Positions 61,501-64,000 of a DNA stretch of 64,000 bases are shown here, in pieces. Both the position numbers and the translations under genes were made by a program. Below the pieces are notes generated by a model. It searched no databases. It saw only the letters and a program-made list of their open reading frames with translations, and was not told the DNA's origin. How positions within the stretch are numbered: the stretch's first letter is position 1; the number at the start of each line of letters is the position of its first letter. This stretch comes from Haliotis rubra (Eukaryota): NCBI RefSeq assembly GCF_003918875.1, contig NW_025766880.1:930001-994000 (forward strand), in the 5' to 3' direction.

Positions 61501-61701
61501 ATTGTGAAAAGCGTTCTGATAATGTAAATGTACATTTGATACAATCTGTTTCTTCCCATAGCTGCCCTCGGGGGTCTCATTGGCCTGTTCCTTGGATTCA
61601 GTATCGTGTCTGTGGTGGAGATTGCAGAGCTCCTATTCCTCATCCTCCGAGGCATCACCTGTCGGATGAGGAAACAGGAGATCCAGGTTGAGGATAAATA
61701 A
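46508..61701 (+). CDS. DEG/ENaC (ASIC/FaNaC superfamily) channel subunit, paralogue 2 (536 aa, intact)
   Basis: Exons 46508-46659 (SNSTVHG), 48251-48962, 51104-51202, 51675-51852, 53411-53470, 54056-54233, 54513-54604 and 61562-61701. All phases are consistent; AATAAA at 62043. Confidence 0.93.
47280..48030. repeat. Minisatellite of about 27-28 bp (CCTTGTTACCAAAGAGTCTCTGTCTG)
   Basis: Roughly 25 diverged tandem copies in channel 2 intron 1, followed by an (ACT/ACC)n microsatellite at 48083-48131. Confidence 0.9.
49270..50770. repeat. 22-bp minisatellite (GGACAATCTGGACATTACACAA)
   Basis: Roughly 65 tandem copies in channel 2 intron 2, diverged at both edges. Confidence 0.95.
52380..53040 (-). 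mobile_element. Decayed Penelope-like reverse transcriptase fragment
   Basis: The minus strand gives LYWIPKLHENPYKELYIAGSSKCTTKSLS, KTFDISTLYTIIPH and GIPMVPSC in the order expected for a PLE RT. Confidence 0.8.
54605..61275. repeat. 53-bp tandem satellite (about 120 units) filling the last intron of channel 2
   Basis: Unit GAACAAGTACAATAGATGGTACCCTCGGTGAGTCTATAAAGTTAAACAGTTGT; diverged units at 54605-54950, homogeneous thereafter. Confidence 0.97.
55107..55176 (-). mobile_element. 70-bp LINE 3'-end insertion inside the satellite
   Basis: 12-bp TSD AGTTAGACAGTT (55095-55106 and 55177-55188); the minus strand carries a stem-loop and AATAAA. Confidence 0.75.
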
Positions 61702-62226
61702 AAGTGAAAAAAAAGTGACATGAGTTGCACATGCTTTTGTTGCAACATGGAGGGGAGTGTTTTTATCATGATAAGCCCAACACTAGGTGATTATTTGTCT
61801 GTTGCAATCTTTTGTTAAACCTCTTGGAACTGACATATACTGAAGAGCAAAAGAAAGTATACACCAATAGTTACTTGAAGGTGATGTGTTTGGGGCCATA
61901 TGGTGGCAGTGTTTCATGAAGTGACTGTTTACAACCTTCTGACTTTTGGGGCAAATCCAATTCTCAAGTGTATATTCTTTCTTTCAGTTGGGTCTGAAAC
62001 TATATATTTTGTCACGATACAATGTGTACATTGAAGCCATGTAATAAACGATAATCTATCATCTCAAATCTTTGTGCTTTGTTATGAGACATACACATCC
62101 GTTCCGTGTGGAACCAAAGACAGCAAACGTCATCAGCAACAGCACAGAGCATTAGTTTATCAACCCCTCCCAGGTTGCTGTATCTGTATCATACATACAT
62201 ACACTGCACTCATTATACAGCCATTA

Positions 62227-62578
62227 GGTGAGGTGAAATTGGGTTTAACGTCGTGCTTGAGAATATTTCGCTCATATGACGACGTGCATGCGTGTGTATG
62301 TGTATGTGCGGCTGCTTGTACTAGCCCAGACTTAAGCTGGTTTTATAGTGCTAGCCCACTGAGATACCATGCCGCAGTGAAGCATGAATACCCCACTCAG
62401 ACACATTATACTGACTCCGAGCCGACCAGTCCTTGTTGTACCCATTAATGCCAAGCGCCAGGCAGGGACCAACAAGTACCATATTTTAACGTCTTTTGGT
62501 ATGACGCGGCCGGGGATCGAACCCGCGACCTTCCGCTCTCCGGGCGGATGCTCTAACCACTACACCACGGAGGCGGTC
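62227..62578 (-). mobile_element. tRNA-derived SINE (V-SINE-like), full length
   Basis: Minus-strand A box TGGTGTAGTGG and B box GGTTCGATCCC, then CCAAAAGACGTTAAAATATGGTAC; 12-bp TSD ATACAGCCATTA (62215-62226 and 62579-62590). Confidence 0.88.
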
Positions 62579-64000
62579 ATACAGCCATTAACATGAATAC
62601 CACCAATCACCAATCACTTAATGACAGCATCCTGTACTTTACCTGACTATATTAACTACCATTGATATTAACGGTTCATGGAGCCTTTTTGTGGTGGTGT
62701 GTTTTAAGCATTCGTTTGGATGGTTTGTAAATTCTCACAGGAGCCCTTGTAGCTATACCTGACCTGTTTGTTTCCAACTTTTGATATTAGTATCACGTAG
62801 TCCAGAGGTTCCAGTTTTATAGTTTGGCAAGACCTCAATCTGCCTTTGTATACTTTCAAACTGGGCGTGGTCTCTGCCAAAAGTTAAATGAAACCAAAGA
62901 AATACCTTCTGAAATGAACAGCTTTGCTTTATAGGAAATGCACAAAACTATAGAATTATAGACTTGTTCCTCACATGATGCATGTAAAGGCATGACGTGA
63001 CAAATGGCGTTCCCAATCCATTGCTTTTTCTCACAAGCTACACCAATGTACACCAATAAAGAACTTTCATCATTAAGAGAGAGTGAGTGACTTAAAATAT
63101 ATTGTCACATCAGCAATATTTCAACCATATCATGACAAGAAAAATCTATATATTTAACCTCAATAAATCTATACCATAAAAACCTGTCATCAAAGGACAG
63201 TAAAATCACCAGAATATCACATATTTGGTTTAAAACCAGCATGCTATAATAAATGGTATCACTAACAGCAATCAATACAATATAGAAAGGGGTTAAGATC
63301 ACCAGAAGTCCAAGTTAGGCTACCACACTAGGGGACGTTGGGGACTTACGGTATGAGTCAGTTAGTTAGGTTTAACCTCACTTTGAGCAGTGTTCCAGTT
63401 ATATACCATGGCGTGTCAGCTTGATGTGAGAGGAAAGCCCGAAGTGGTGCATGTCTCGTTTACCACTGGTGAAACACAGGTATGGATCTGACAAACCCAG
63501 AAACAAACTAAGAGGACCCTGGATTCAAGCCCACAATTACAGACTTCTGGGGGCCCAAGGGACACAACTCTGCATGAGTTGCGTCCCCTTAGACGACAGG
63601 ACTTCCTTGCCTCTTCATCAACTGAAAGATGGCTAAGACGGGTTTCACTTGTTTGCTCAACACCATTAGAAAATGAGAAAATCACAGCTATCTCACATGG
63701 CCATGTTTGTTTCTTGCTTACCTCTGCACACTATTCCAGCTGCATGATGGCAGGGTATAAACAGTCTAGTCTGGATCAACCTGATTATTCATTCAGTTGC
63801 ATTCAGAATGCTGTGGGCCTATACCTACTTGGAATCACAGTGATACGGCAACCTGTATATTATGAAATGTGGACCAGCCAAATGTGTGGCCTCATGTCTT
63901 AGTTTTCCACCCTAAGGGTCTCCAACCCAGTATCTCTCTTCCTAACTTCAGCATCGGTCAGTGTGAGATTCAGCCAAACCAAGAGGTGCGAAACTTGGGA

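Overview
Eukaryotic, intron-rich animal DNA. The SINE repertoire resembles that of gastropod molluscs such as abalone (inference from recall, not a search). All protein genes are on the + strand in two tandem clusters. (1) 701-31653: four Ser-type, Delta/Epsilon-like glutathione S-transferase paralogues with an identical 4-exon layout (about 218 aa). The first lacks exon 1 in this window, the third has a 1-nt frameshift, and decayed exon relics lie in the upstream regions. (2) 35414-61701: two 8-exon DEG/ENaC (ASIC/FaNaC superfamily) channel genes of about 536 aa with an atypical TM2; the first has an apparent 1-nt frameshift. Introns and spacers hold a full-length DD34E Tc1 element; Tc1, mariner, Crypton and Penelope relics; at least four SINE families; MITEs; two minisatellites; and a 6.6-kb 53-bp satellite that appears to have grown out of a splice donor. 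The most unusual signal is a set of small Penelope-type elements carrying minimal hammerhead-ribozyme motifs with C3-G8/U3-A8 covariation. One composite element has a tRNA-like head and inverted arms, and its end coincides with the predicted ribozyme cleavage site.
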